From Pseudomonadota bacterium (GTDB taxonomy: Bacteria > Pseudomonadota > Gammaproteobacteria > Burkholderiales > Gallionellaceae): a stretch of DNA of 64,000 nucleotides. Both the position numbers and the translations under genes were made by a program. The stretch lies in NCBI GenBank assembly GCA_049320585.1, contig JBMOQB010000005.1, positions 80,295 through 144,294 on the forward strand, read 5' to 3'. This document shows positions 36,237-46,594 of this stretch, in pieces; position 1 is the stretch's first letter, and the number at the start of each line of letters is the position of its first letter. The notes beneath the pieces were generated by a model. It saw only the letters and a program-made list of their open reading frames with translations. It searched no databases and was not told where the DNA came from.

Positions 36237-36877
36237 TGGATTTGCTTGCCGCATTCATAGACCTTGTGCTGCATCTGGACACACACTTGCTGGCGCTCAC
36301 CCAGCAATACGGCGTGTGGGTTTACGCCATCCTGTTCATGATCATCTATTGCGAGACGGGGCTGGTTATCACTCCGTTCCTGCCAGGCGATTCGCTGCTG
36401 TTCGTGGCGGGTGCGCTGTGCGGGATGGGCGCGCTGCAGCTGGAATTGCTTGTGCCGTTGCTGGTGCTGGCGGCATTCAGCGGCGACAATACCAATTACT
36501 GGATAGGCCGGCTGGTCGGGGTGCGCCTGCTCAGCCGGGAGAGCGGCAGGCTGATCAAGCGCGAGCACCTTGACAAGACCCATGCCTTCTACGAAAAGCA
36601 CGGCGGCAAGACCATCATCTTCGCACGCTTTTTGCCCATCATCCGCACCTTCGCGCCGTTTGTCGCGGGCATCGGGTTGATGCGCTATCGGCTGTTCGTG
36701 TTATTCAGCGCGCTGGGAAGTGTGGCATGGATAACCAGCCTTGCCGTGGCAGGCTATTTTTTTGGCAATATCCCAATAGTGAAAAACAATCTCACGCTGA
36801 TCATCATAGGCATCATAGTAGTCACGCTGCTTCCGGCATTGCGCGAGTTGATCCGTCATCGCAAGCAGGCTGCTTAA
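36236..36877 (+). CDS. DedA/SNARE-associated family membrane protein
   Basis: 213 aa with the FLPGDSLLFVAG motif. The start overlaps the secF stop (TAATG). Confidence 0.85.
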   Translation: MDLLAAFIDLVLHLDTHLLALTQQYGVWVYAILFMIIYCETGLVITPFLPGDSLLFVAGALCGMGALQLELLVPLLVLAAFSGDNTNYWIGRLVGVRLLSRESGRLIKREHLDKTHAFYEKHGGKTIIFARFLPIIRTFAPFVAGIGLMRYRLFVLFSALGSVAWITSLAVAGYFFGNIPIVKNNLTLIIIGIIVVTLLPALRELIRHRKQAA

Positions 36878-37009
36878 GGGGTATTTGGGCGTCCGCTTTC
36901 GCGGGAATTGATGTTGCCGGTTGCCGGTATTCCGATTATTTGAACGAGCCGGCGAATATTGAGTCTTATTTCTGTTCTGTAAATTCAGTGGATATTGAGG
37001 AGCGAGAAA

Positions 37010-37492
37010 ATGAAGAAAATATTATTCGTATTCAGCATGATTTCCTTGAGCGGCATCGTTTGCGCGGCGGACATGGTCGATACCGCGCAAGTGATTTCCA
37101 GCACCCCGATCTATGAACGTGTGACCGAGCCGCGTCGCGAATGCACGACTGAAACCGTTCCGGTCACGCCCGAACATTCCGTTGGCGGCGCAGTGGTGGG
37201 CGGCGTGGCGGGCGCGGCTATCGGCAGCCAGATCGGCCAAGGTACCGGCAAGAAAGCCGCGACAGTAGCGGGCGGCATTGCCGGTGCGGTGATAGGAGAT
37301 CGTGTCGCTACCCGCGATGAACCCCGCACCCAACAGATCGAGCGCTGCCGGGAGCTGGAGATCGGCCGCGAGGTGATCACAGGATACAAGGTCATTTACC
37401 GGTACAACGGGCAGGATATCACCACCACCTTGCCCTACCAGCCGGGATCAACGATCCGTGTCAGAGTGAATGTCATCGAGGAACCCCGTTGA
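37010..37492 (+). CDS. Glycine-zipper (2TM-type) outer-membrane protein
   Basis: Signal peptide MKKILFVFSMISLSGIVCA. Glycine zipper GGAVVGGVAGAAIGSQIGQGTGKKAATVAGGIAGAVIG follows. Confidence 0.65.
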   Translation: MKKILFVFSMISLSGIVCAADMVDTAQVISSTPIYERVTEPRRECTTETVPVTPEHSVGGAVVGGVAGAAIGSQIGQGTGKKAATVAGGIAGAVIGDRVATRDEPRTQQIERCRELEIGREVITGYKVIYRYNGQDITTTLPYQPGSTIRVRVNVIEEPR

Positions 37493-37744
37493 GTATTCGT
37501 GCCGGGCATGTTCTCCGCAGTACCTTAGGAATTGCAAACTGATGCCGCCAGGTAACGACTCGGTATTTGCCCGTTTACCGAGCTTCTGAAGCCGGATTAA
37601 ACCGTGCAGGCCAAGCCGCAGCATTCCAATACTGATATGCGACCCGGTCAATCCGGTCTAAGGTTCACATCTGGCTGTTGATAGGGTAATCTTCCCCCAT
37701 GCGGATGAATTATTATTTTGATATTGCTTGGGGGCTATGAATCA

Positions 37745-39061
37745 ATGAAGCATTTGTTCGGTTTGATATTACTTCTGGGATTTTGTAGCTTCAGCGCCGG
37801 AGCAGACGAGGTTCCCGCCAGTCCGGTTGAAGGTTCGGGATCAAAAGTTACTTCGTCCGATTACGGCGACACTCTGTTTGGGGATTGGGGCGAAAAACGC
37901 GGAGCCATGAGCGAGAACGGCTATGACTGGGAGATTGTCTACAAACTCGATTTATTCAGCAAGGTAACCTCATCAAATCAAACCGGTTGCATAGGTCATA
38001 CACCCTTCCGCTGCTTTAAAAATTACGGTCTTGATAACCTGGACATCAAACTTTCCCTGGACGGTGAAAAGATCGCCGGGATCAAGGGCAGCAGTGCGCT
38101 GTTGTATATCCTGAGCAATCACGGCGGCAAACCGGTAGTGCAAGGCGATCATACAGCCGGTCTGGACAATATTGAAACACCCGAGGGTGCCAATACCATC
38201 AAGCTTTACCAGGCATGGATACAGCAGACATTCCTGGATGAGCGGTTGTCGATACTGGCCGGATTGTACGATCTGAACTCAGAGTTTTATGCAACCGAGT
38301 CATCTTCGATGTTCATCCAACCGGTTTACGGTATTGGTGCAGAAATGGCTGGCACCGGGCAAAACGGCCCCTCGGTTTTCCCCACCGCCTCTTTTGGGAT
38401 ACGCGCCAAGGCAGAATTCTCCGGCTACTACTTGCAAGCGGTTGTTCTGGACGGCGTGCCAGGTGATCCCAATAATCCCCATGGCACTCATGTGCAATTC
38501 AACAAGGGGGACGGGGCGCTGGATGTGATAGAAGGTGCGATACCGTTGAGCGATGCGGAAAATGCGCATGACAACAAACTGGCGCTGGGCGTTTGGCAAT
38601 ATACCGCCAGCTTCGACGATTTGGTCGATTTAGATATCAGCAGCAATCCGGTCAAGCGCATCAACCATGGCTACTACGCCTTGATAGAAAAAGTGCTGCG
38701 CTACAAACCCGGCGGCAACGAGGGAAGCATCAACGGCTTCGTGCGTGCCGGAAGGGCTGACGGTAACACTACACAATTCGATTTGGCTTGGAGCACCGGC
38801 TTGGTATTTTCAGGCCCGTTTGCCGGACGCGAACAGGATCAGCTGGGTATCGCCTATGCACAGGAGCGCAATGGGGATAAATGGCGTATTTACTCCGGCA
38901 ACCCGATAGTTTTCGAAAAATCCATGGAATTGACCTATCGATATCAGGCGACGCCAGGGCTGGTGTTGCAGCCGTTGGCCCAGTACCTGATCAATCACAG
39001 CAGCGACCCTGCCCAGGATAAGAACTGGTGGCTGGCCATGCGCTTCGAAGCTACGTTTTAA
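37745..39061 (+). CDS. OprB-family (carbohydrate-selective type) porin
   Basis: Signal peptide MKHLFGLILLLGFCSFSAGA. An LAGLYDLNSEFY region is present, and the protein ends with the beta-signal WWLAMRFEATF. Confidence 0.55.
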   Translation: MKHLFGLILLLGFCSFSAGADEVPASPVEGSGSKVTSSDYGDTLFGDWGEKRGAMSENGYDWEIVYKLDLFSKVTSSNQTGCIGHTPFRCFKNYGLDNLDIKLSLDGEKIAGIKGSSALLYILSNHGGKPVVQGDHTAGLDNIETPEGANTIKLYQAWIQQTFLDERLSILAGLYDLNSEFYATESSSMFIQPVYGIGAEMAGTGQNGPSVFPTASFGIRAKAEFSGYYLQAVVLDGVPGDPNNPHGTHVQFNKGDGALDVIEGAIPLSDAENAHDNKLALGVWQYTASFDDLVDLDISSNPVKRINHGYYALIEKVLRYKPGGNEGSINGFVRAGRADGNTTQFDLAWSTGLVFSGPFAGREQDQLGIAYAQERNGDKWRIYSGNPIVFEKSMELTYRYQATPGLVLQPLAQYLINHSSDPAQDKNWWLAMRFEATF

Positions 39062-39144
39062 CCTAGCGCTTTTTTCCATCCATGATTGCAGGGAATGGCC
39101 AGTTAAAGGTCCGAGATTTTCATCTCGCTTGGCGACTGGCCTGA

Positions 39145-39924
39145 TCAGCCAAACCTGCCGGTTATGTAATCTTCAGTTTCCTTGCGCTTCGGATTGGTGA
39201 ACACGGTGCTGGTGTCGCCGAACTCGATCAGGTCGCCCAAGTACATATAGGCGGTGAAATCGGAGACGCGCGCCGCTTGCTGCATGTTGTGCGTGACGAT
39301 GACGATGGTGAAGTCTTCCTTAAGTTCGTCGATCAACAATTCGATGTGTGCCGTCGAAATAGGGTCGAGAGCCGAGGTTGGTTCGTCCAGCAGCAGCACT
39401 TGCGGTTTGACGGCGATGGCGCGCGCGATGCACAGCCTTTGCTGCTGACCACCAGACAAACTGGTGCCGCTTTGCTTGAGCTTGTCCTTGGCTTCTGTCC
39501 ACAGTGCAGCCTTGCGCAGCGCCCATTCGACGCGTTCGTCCATGTCATTCTTGTTGAGGTTCTCGTAAAGTTTCACGCCGAAGGCGATGTTGTCATGGAT
39601 CGACATCGGGAAAGGGGTGGGCTTCTGGAACACCATGCCGATCTTTGCGCGCAGCATGTTCAGGTCCTGTTTCTTGTCCAGAATGTCGGCGCCATCCAGC
39701 AGGATTTCTCCGGTGGCCTTTTGTTTTGGATAGAGCTGATACATGCGGTTGAATGTGCGCAGCAGCGTGGATTTTCCGCAGCCTGAGGGGCCGATGAAAG
39801 CAGTCACCATTTTTTCAGCGATGCTCAGGTTGATGTCCTTGAGAGCGCGGTAATTGCCGTAATAAAAATTCAAGTCTTTGACGATGATTTTTTCTTTGGC
39901 AGTAGTTTCGGCGGTCATTTTCAA
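39145..39924 (-). CDS. pstB: Phosphate ABC transporter ATP-binding protein
   Basis: Walker [10 protein letters not shown], signature LSGGQQQRL and Walker [12 protein letters not shown] are present. Confidence 0.95.
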   Translation of the reverse strand: MKMTAETTAKEKIIVKDLNFYYGNYRALKDINLSIAEKMVTAFIGPSGCGKSTLLRTFNRMYQLYPKQKATGEILLDGADILDKKQDLNMLRAKIGMVFQKPTPFPMSIHDNIAFGVKLYENLNKNDMDERVEWALRKAALWTEAKDKLKQSGTSLSGGQQQRLCIARAIAVKPQVLLLDEPTSALDPISTAHIELLIDELKEDFTIVIVTHNMQQAARVSDFTAYMYLGDLIEFGDTSTVFTNPKRKETEDYITGRFG

Positions 39925-39943
39925 ACCTTATATATGGCCATTG

Positions 39944-40798
39944 TTAATGGGTTGTGGCACTTTGCCGGAACAGCACCCGCGCCAGGATGTTGAGTGTCAG
40001 CACACTGAAAGTGATCAGCAGCGCGCCCGCCCAGGCCAGTTTTTGCCAGTCCTCGTAGGGGCTCATCGCGAACTGGAAGATCACCACCGGCAAATTGGCC
40101 AGAGGCTTGTCCATGTTGCTGCTCCAGAACTGATTGTTGAGTGCGGTGAATAACAGCGGCGCGGTTTCGCCGCTGATCCGGGCCACGGCCAGCAACACGC
40201 CGGTGATGATGCCTGCGCGAGCGGCACGCAGGGTGACGAAGTTGATGATTTTCCATTGCGGGGCACCGAGCGCGGCAGCCGCTTCGCGTAGTGTCGTCGG
40301 AACCAGCCGCAACATGTTTTCAGTAGTGCGAATGACAATGGGGATGACGATGATGGATAAGGCAAGTGCTCCCGCCCAGCCGGAGAAGTGCTTGACGTGA
40401 ACTACATATACTTCATATACGAACAGACCGATGACGATGGAAGGCGCGGATAACAATACATCGTTGATGAAGCGTGTGATAGGCGCAAGCCAACCGCGCT
40501 GGCCGAATTCGCCCAGATAGGTTCCGGCCAGAATTCCGATAGGCGTTCCGATCAGCGTGCCGACCAGCGTCATCATCAGACTACCTGCAATGGCGTTAAG
40601 CAGTCCGCCCGAACTGCCCGGGGGCGGTGTCATGTGTGTGAACACCATAGGCGCGAGAGCGGGCAGCCCGCTATCAAGCAGCGTCAATAATATCCAGCAT
40701 AGCCAGAACAGTCCGAACAGCATGGCCAACACCGAGACTGAGAGTCCCAATGCGTTGATGATGCGACGGCGTGTGTATAGATTCAGCATGACACTCAT
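39944..40798 (-). CDS. pstA: Phosphate ABC transporter permease PstA
   Basis: 284 aa and multi-TM. It sits in pstSCAB order and overlaps pstC by 4 nt. Confidence 0.9.
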   Translation of the reverse strand: MSVMLNLYTRRRIINALGLSVSVLAMLFGLFWLCWILLTLLDSGLPALAPMVFTHMTPPPGSSGGLLNAIAGSLMMTLVGTLIGTPIGILAGTYLGEFGQRGWLAPITRFINDVLLSAPSIVIGLFVYEVYVVHVKHFSGWAGALALSIIVIPIVIRTTENMLRLVPTTLREAAAALGAPQWKIINFVTLRAARAGIITGVLLAVARISGETAPLLFTALNNQFWSSNMDKPLANLPVVIFQFAMSPYEDWQKLAWAGALLITFSVLTLNILARVLFRQSATTH

Positions 40799-41760
40799 GA
40801 GGCTTTTCCTTCACGCTGTCCCAGCTTGAAAAGCATATAGCGGGCGATGGAAAGAACCACGAAAGTGATAAAAAACAGGATCAGGCCGAGTTCGATCAAA
40901 GAGGCGGTGTAGAGATCGCCTACAGCTTCGGTGAATTCGTTGGCGAGAGCGGAAGAAATGCTGTTGCCGGGCATCAATAGCGACTTGCTCAGCTCATGGG
41001 CATTGCCGATTACAAAGGTGACGGCCATGGTCTCGCCGAGTGCGCGCCCCAGCCCGAGCATGATTCCGCCGGCTACACCAACCTTGGTGTAGGGCAATAC
41101 GACATTCCACACCACTTCCCACGTTGTCGCTCCCACGGCGTATGCGGATTCCTTGAGCAGGGTGGGTACCACGTCGAACACATCGCGCATCACCGATGCT
41201 ATGAAAGGGATGACCATGATCGCGAGAATGATGCCCGCAGTCAGCATGCCGATACCCATCGGCGGGCCGGAAAAGTAGGAGCCGATGTATGGCATCGCGC
41301 CGATATGCTTGTTGATCCATGGCTCGATATGGTCGGCAAATAGTGGCGCAAACACGAACAGCCCCCACATGCCGTAGATGATGCTGGGTATGCCCGCCAG
41401 CAGTTCGATAGCGATGCCGAGAGGGCGGCGCATGATTCGTGGGGAAAGTTCGGTGAGGAAAAGCGCGATACCGAAACTTACCGGAATGGCGATGAACAGG
41501 GCGATGCCGGAGGTAACCAGCGTGCCGATGATAGGAATCAGCGCACCAAACCGATCGTTGACCGGGTCCCATTCTGAACTGGTCAGGAAGCCGAAGCCGA
41601 AGGCATGGATGGCGGGCATGCTGCCCAGCACCAGCGAACCTATGATGGCAGCCAATAGCGCTAACACGCCAAATGCCGAGACGCGTGTCAGATTGCGGAA
41701 CAGCAAATCGAACAATGCTTGCCGCTTGTGGCTTGCTTCGCGTAAAAACGTCGTCGGCAT
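40795..41760 (-). CDS. pstC: Phosphate ABC transporter permease PstC
   Basis: 321 aa and multi-TM, with an ABC permease EAA-like region ([20 protein letters not shown]). Confidence 0.9.
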   Translation of the reverse strand: MPTTFLREASHKRQALFDLLFRNLTRVSAFGVLALLAAIIGSLVLGSMPAIHAFGFGFLTSSEWDPVNDRFGALIPIIGTLVTSGIALFIAIPVSFGIALFLTELSPRIMRRPLGIAIELLAGIPSIIYGMWGLFVFAPLFADHIEPWINKHIGAMPYIGSYFSGPPMGIGMLTAGIILAIMVIPFIASVMRDVFDVVPTLLKESAYAVGATTWEVVWNVVLPYTKVGVAGGIMLGLGRALGETMAVTFVIGNAHELSKSLLMPGNSISSALANEFTEAVGDLYTASLIELGLILFFITFVVLSIARYMLFKLGQREGKAS

Positions 41761-41792
41761 GGTTGTTAGTTCATCAGGGGCAAAATATATAA

Positions 41793-41811
41793 CGGGGGCT
41801 GTTAACCCCCG
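41793..41811 (-). terminator. Intercistronic hairpin between pstS and pstC (possible attenuating terminator)
   Basis: On the minus strand, CGGGGG-ttaacag-CCCCCG is followed by the T-rich run ttatatatttt. Confidence 0.4.
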
Positions 41812-41856
41812 CGATTATAGCTCAAGGATGCGCTGTGTCAGCCAAGCCCCATCAGC

Positions 41857-42906
41857 TTATTTCCAGATTGCCTTTCCGGTTGCGTCCTTGATTTGTGATT
41901 TCCATGCGTTGCGGATCATTGTCACTACGTTGGAGGGTAATGGCACATAATCCAGATCGGAAGCCAGCTTGTCGCCGTTTGCGTAGGCCCAGTCGAAGAA
42001 CTTCAAAACTTCTTTGGCAGCATCAGCCTTTTCTGGAGACTTATAAACCAGTATGAAAGTAGCGCCTGTGATTGGCCAGCTATCCTTGCCCGGCTCGTTG
42101 GTCAAAATTTCATAAAAACCCTTATCAGCATCCCATTTCGCGTTAGCAGCGGCAGCCTTGAAATTGTCTGCTTCCGCCTTGACGAACTTTCCATCGCGAT
42201 TCTTCAATTGGACGTGGTTCATCTTGTTCTGCAGCGCGTAAGCGTATTCCACGTAGCCGATGGAATTCTTGATGCGCTGCACATAGGATGCAACGCCTTC
42301 GTTACCCTTGCCACCGGTACCTGCTGGCCAGGACACGGCCTTGTCGGCGCCCACGCTTCTTTTCCAATCCGGGCTGACTTGCGACAGGTAAGTTGTAAAG
42401 ATGAAGGTGGTACCGGAACCATCGGCACGATGGACGACGGTAATTGCCTCATCGGGTAGGGCCAGGCCAGCATTGTCAGCAGCGATGCGTGGGTCATTCC
42501 ATTTGGTGATCTTGCCCATGTAGATGTCAGCGAGAGCCTGGCCGTCCAGCTTCAGTGTGCCTGGGGCCACACCGTCGATGTTGACGACTGGTACTACGCC
42601 GCCGACCACGGTCGGGAACTGTGTCAAACCGCCGAGCTGTAGTTCATTCGGATTTAACGGGGCATCAGTCGCGCCGAAGTCCACGGTTTTGGCCTGTATT
42701 TGTTTGATGCCGCCGCCCGAGCCGATGGACTGGTAATTCATCTCAACGCCGGTTTGGTTCTTGTATGCTTCTGCCCATTTGGCATATACGGGGTATGGGA
42801 AAGTGGCGCCCGCGCCTGTAATGTTGGTTGCCTGGCTTGCGCCGGCGTAAGCAACCGCTGCGGTAACAGCGATGCCGATGATGAGTTGCTTCAGTTTGCT
42901 ATTCAT
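41857..42906 (-). CDS. pstS: Phosphate-binding protein PstS
   Basis: The start MNSKLKQLIIG has GGAGA 4 nt upstream. The signal peptide ends ASQA. The GAGATFPYPVYAKWA motif is present. Confidence 0.95.
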   Translation of the reverse strand: MNSKLKQLIIGIAVTAAVAYAGASQATNITGAGATFPYPVYAKWAEAYKNQTGVEMNYQSIGSGGGIKQIQAKTVDFGATDAPLNPNELQLGGLTQFPTVVGGVVPVVNIDGVAPGTLKLDGQALADIYMGKITKWNDPRIAADNAGLALPDEAITVVHRADGSGTTFIFTTYLSQVSPDWKRSVGADKAVSWPAGTGGKGNEGVASYVQRIKNSIGYVEYAYALQNKMNHVQLKNRDGKFVKAEADNFKAAAANAKWDADKGFYEILTNEPGKDSWPITGATFILVYKSPEKADAAKEVLKFFDWAYANGDKLASDLDYVPLPSNVVTMIRNAWKSQIKDATGKAIWK

Positions 42907-43003
42907 AATGTCTCCATTGGGTTGAGTGTGCTGCTTGCAGCTATTCCTGATTTCCAATTAAACCAACAACGCTTTATTGCGGAGTGCATGTTATGGCAGT
43001 TTT

Positions 43004-43021
43004 GTTACAGGATTATTACAG
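43004..43021 (-). promoter_or_regulatory. Pho box (PhoB site) upstream of pstS
   Basis: The minus strand reads CTGTAAT-AATC-CTGTAAC. The E. coli consensus is CTGTCAT-A(A/T)A(T/A)-CTGTCA(C/T). It lies ~100 nt upstream of the pstS ATG. Confidence 0.7.
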
Positions 43022-43173
43022 TTATTTTTATGTTTGATGTGTGGTTTATAGTGTGGATTTGTACCCAATCACGGTGGATTCACATTGCAACCGCACCACG
43101 TATTGCCTGCCCGCCAAATTGGTGTTTTAATTGCACCACTATTTTAATAGTTGTTTAACAATGGAAATATAAA

Positions 43174-43491
43174 ATGATGAAACCGGCTCAAGTGGTAAAA
43201 GCATTATCGGCGCTGGCGCAACCTACGCGCTTGGCAATTTATCGCTTGCTGGTGGCGCGTGGGCCGGAGGGAATGGCAGCAGGACAGGTTGCCGAGAAGT
43301 TGAAGGTTTCACCGGCTACCCTGTCGTTTCATTTCAGGATGTTGAGCCATGCCGGGTTGCTGGAGAGCAGGCCGGACGGGCGCTTTGTATTTTATGCCGC
43401 AAATTTTAAAGTGATGAACGACATGCTGGCATATTTGACTGAAAACTGTTGCGGAGGCAATCCCGAGGCCTGCAAGCCGACCAACAATTAA
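43174..43491 (+). CDS. arsR: ArsR/SmtB-family arsenic-responsive repressor with a C-terminal Cys triad
   Basis: wHTH region (LSALAQPTRLAIYRLL ... SFHFRMLSHAGL). There is no CVC motif in helix 3. The C-terminal NCCGGNPEAC places Cys at 92, 93 and 100. Confidence 0.85.
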   Translation: MMKPAQVVKALSALAQPTRLAIYRLLVARGPEGMAAGQVAEKLKVSPATLSFHFRMLSHAGLLESRPDGRFVFYAANFKVMNDMLAYLTENCCGGNPEACKPTNN

Positions 43492-43512
43492 TTTATTTAC
43501 TAGGGGCTTATC

Positions 43513-44013
43513 TTGCAAGAAAAACAATACAACGTGCTGGTGTTATGTACTGGAAATTCCGCACGCAGCATACTTGGCGAGGTGCTGTTCAATGTGCTGG
43601 GAAAAGGGCGGTTCATCGCCTACAGCGCGGGCAGCAACCCTGCCGGTCGGGTCAACCCGTTCGCGCTGGAATTGTTGCAACAGCAGGGGTTCAGCACAGA
43701 AGGTCTGCGCAGCAAGAGCTGGAACGAATTTGCCGCTCCCAGCGCGCCGGAAATCGATTTCATTTTCACCGTGTGCGACAACGCAGCGGGTGAAACTTGC
43801 CCGATCTGGCCGGGCAGACCCGCCACCGCGCATTGGGGCATACCCGATCCGGCGCATGTCGAGGGTGGCGATGAAGCGAAGCGCGCGGCATTCAGAAAGG
43901 CCTATGAGCAGTTGGCACGTCGTATCCAGTTGTTCATGAGTTTGCCGATCGGGAAATTGGACAAGCTCACGCTGAAAGAAGAACTCGCCGAAATCGGCCG
44001 CTTGAAGGATTAA
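43513..44013 (+). CDS. arsC: Arsenate reductase, LMW-PTPase / thioredoxin-coupled type
   Basis: TTG start. The P-loop CTGNSARS is present, with downstream Cys pair VCDNAAGETCP. Confidence 0.9.
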   Translation: MQEKQYNVLVLCTGNSARSILGEVLFNVLGKGRFIAYSAGSNPAGRVNPFALELLQQQGFSTEGLRSKSWNEFAAPSAPEIDFIFTVCDNAAGETCPIWPGRPATAHWGIPDPAHVEGGDEAKRAAFRKAYEQLARRIQLFMSLPIGKLDKLTLKEELAEIGRLKD

Positions 44014-44018
44014 TTGAG

Positions 44019-45059
44019 ATGAACCTGTTCGAGCGTTATCTGACCGTTTGGGTCGGTCTGTGCATCATCGCCGGCGTGCTGCTCGGACAATTCCTGCCCG
44101 GCGTATTCCATGCCATCGCCAGCATGGAGATTGCCAGGGTCAATATTCCGGTCGGTGTGCTGGTATGGGTAATGATCATTCCGATGCTGCTGAAAATCGA
44201 CTTTGGCGCGCTGCATCAGATCAGGGTGCATGGCCGCGGTATCGCTGTCACGCTGTTCATCAACTGGGGTGTGAAACCTTTCTCGATGGCTTTTCTCGGC
44301 TGGTTGTTCATACGCCATGTGTTTGCCGCTTATCTGCCGGCGGAACAAATCGACAGTTATATCGCCGGGCTGATTTTGCTGGCGGCCGCGCCATGCACCG
44401 CGATGGTATTCGTGTGGAGCAATCTGGTGAAAGGTGATCCGTATTTTACGCTGTCGCAAGTGGCGCTCAACGACACCATCATGATCTTCGCCTTCGCCCC
44501 GCTAGTGGCTTTGTTGCTCGGCATCGCCAGCATCACCGTGCCATGGGATACGCTGATCGTCTCGGTAGTGTTTTACATCGTGATCCCGGTGATCATTGCG
44601 CAATTTCTGCGCAGCCGTCTGCTGGCGGAAGGCGAAGCGCTGTTCAAACAGGCGCTGGAGCGCATCTCGCCATTCTCGATGGGTGCGTTGCTGGTGACGC
44701 TGGTGTTGCTGTTTGCCTTGCAGGGCAATGCCATCGTCGCGCAACCGCTGGTGATTGCGATGCTGGCCGTGCCGATCCTGATTCAGGTATTGTTCAACGC
44801 CGGATTGGCGTATTGGTTAAATCGTCGCATGAGTGTAGTGCACTGTGTTGCCGCGCCGTCGGCGCTGATCGGTGCGAGCAATTTCTTTGAACTGGCGGTG
44901 GCCACCGCCATCAGTTTGTTCGGCTTCCAGTCCGGCGCGGCGCTTGCGACTGTAGTCGGTGTACTGGTCGAAGTGCCGGTGATGTTGCTGGTGGTAAAAA
45001 TCGCCAATGCCACGCAACACTGGTATGAACTTGGCAAGCGGGGCACAACAATTCCCTGA
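44019..45059 (+). CDS. acr3: Arsenite efflux transporter, ACR3 family
   Basis: 346 aa with ~10 TM segments. The N-terminus is MNLFERYLTVWVGLCI and an AAAPCTAMV motif is present. Confidence 0.9.
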   Translation: MNLFERYLTVWVGLCIIAGVLLGQFLPGVFHAIASMEIARVNIPVGVLVWVMIIPMLLKIDFGALHQIRVHGRGIAVTLFINWGVKPFSMAFLGWLFIRHVFAAYLPAEQIDSYIAGLILLAAAPCTAMVFVWSNLVKGDPYFTLSQVALNDTIMIFAFAPLVALLLGIASITVPWDTLIVSVVFYIVIPVIIAQFLRSRLLAEGEALFKQALERISPFSMGALLVTLVLLFALQGNAIVAQPLVIAMLAVPILIQVLFNAGLAYWLNRRMSVVHCVAAPSALIGASNFFELAVATAISLFGFQSGAALATVVGVLVEVPVMLLVVKIANATQHWYELGKRGTTIP

Positions 45060-45110
45060 ACTGCGCGGTTTGGCAAATTGGCAAAGCCGGGGATCTATTA
45101 CCTGGCAACA

Positions 45111-45146
45111 AAAAACGGGCATCATCAAAGATGCCCGCCAGTTTTT
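45111..45146. terminator. Bidirectional terminator between acr3 and the porin gene
   Basis: GGGCATC (45117-23) pairs with GATGCCC (45130-36). An A-run lies upstream and a T5 run downstream. Confidence 0.65.
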
Positions 45147-45275
45147 GCGCAGGTTGCGCTGAACTCACCCTGCGATTGCTTGCGTCGGATTATAACCAGT
45201 GACTTGTCCAGCGTCTTTATGCTGGGTTAGTCAGATGGCTAGTAGTCTTAATCAGTCGTTTCACCAGTAGTTCTA

Positions 45276-46442
45276 TCAGAAAGAATGCTGCACACCTAGG
45301 GACAGCGCGGAAGGCGATGTGCCGAAGCCCGAAGAGGTGGTGGCCGCACCAGAGTTCTGCGAGAAGCCGTAGTTGATGCCCTTGCCGTTGGTAATCTTGC
45401 TGTACACGGCATACAGCTTGGTACGCTTGCTCAGGCCATGATCGTAACCCACGGAGATTTGGCTTGCGCCGCTATCCACAACCTGAGCTGCGCCCGTACC
45501 CAGTACCCCAGCCTTGCCATAGGCCAGCTTCACAGCATCGTTGCCGATGTTGTACTTGCCGCCTACATAGAACGCGCTGTGGCCAAGCGAATTGACTTGT
45601 GCTGCGCCTAGATTGTCAGTGGTCTTTTCATACACGACATTCACTTCAAAAGCCTCGGGCTTGAAACCGAAACCCAAGCGGGTGGCAGATTCTTTCGCAC
45701 CTGCCGCCACAGTTTCCAGCTTGTGCGACTCATAAGCCGCTGAACCGTAAAACGGAGCGGCGTCATACATCACCGCCAGGCTCAGTGCACTGTTTGCAAG
45801 ATGTGCGTTGTTGTAATTTTGTTCTGTCAGATTGACAGTCGCCACTGCCGCGGTCACGCCGGAAAATGCCGGGCTGATGTATGCCAGCACGTTGTTAGGG
45901 CGAAGTTCGAAGCCCTGGTTTGAAGCACCGGCAAATGCTGCAGCTCCTGCGGTCGCTGTTGGGGCAACTGCTGTAACGGCTTTCGGCGCTCCAAGCAAAG
46001 CACGGTTGTCGGCAATATTGTCACCGAACACGTCCAGTTTGCGAGTCGCAATCTTGTAGGGTGTGTCGTGGATACCGAACAACAAGGTACCGATGCTTTC
46101 ACTCTTCAGACCGGCGAAAGTATTGCGGCTGGCGAAGGTGTTCTTTGCTGCATCGTCGATGTTGATCTGTTGCTCGACCTGCCAGATAGCCGAAAGTCCG
46201 TCACCCAGATCCTCGGCGCCCTTGAAGCCGAACTTGGATACGTTGCTTGACACAACGCGCTTGGTTACGCCGGTAACCGCGGTGGCGCCGTTAGCGGTAG
46301 TTGTTCCGTCGCCGGTGTTGACCATGTCATAAGACACGTCGGCTTTGCCGTAGAACGTGAAATTGCCATTGTCGGCCAAGGCCGCCAGTGGTGTAACCAA
46401 TCCCGCGGCCAACGCGAGCGCAAATACTTTCTTCTGCAACAT
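45276..46442 (-). CDS. General trimeric porin (Gram-negative porin family)
   Basis: The signal peptide ends ALA-DN. FTFYGKADVSYD is the first strand, and the protein ends LGVQHSF. Confidence 0.85.
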   Translation of the reverse strand: MLQKKVFALALAAGLVTPLAALADNGNFTFYGKADVSYDMVNTGDGTTTANGATAVTGVTKRVVSSNVSKFGFKGAEDLGDGLSAIWQVEQQINIDDAAKNTFASRNTFAGLKSESIGTLLFGIHDTPYKIATRKLDVFGDNIADNRALLGAPKAVTAVAPTATAGAAAFAGASNQGFELRPNNVLAYISPAFSGVTAAVATVNLTEQNYNNAHLANSALSLAVMYDAAPFYGSAAYESHKLETVAAGAKESATRLGFGFKPEAFEVNVVYEKTTDNLGAAQVNSLGHSAFYVGGKYNIGNDAVKLAYGKAGVLGTGAAQVVDSGASQISVGYDHGLSKRTKLYAVYSKITNGKGINYGFSQNSGAATTSSGFGTSPSALSLGVQHSF

Positions 46443-46594
46443 TATGATGACTCCTTTAGTAGATATGAAAAGCCGCCCTGTGCGACTCGGGTAGATTAAT
46501 CAGGGAGTATTAAGGATTGATGAACAACAGGTGACAGATTTGTTACGGAAGGTGGGCGTGACGTTGGCATGCTGGCAGCACAATATGTGCAGGA

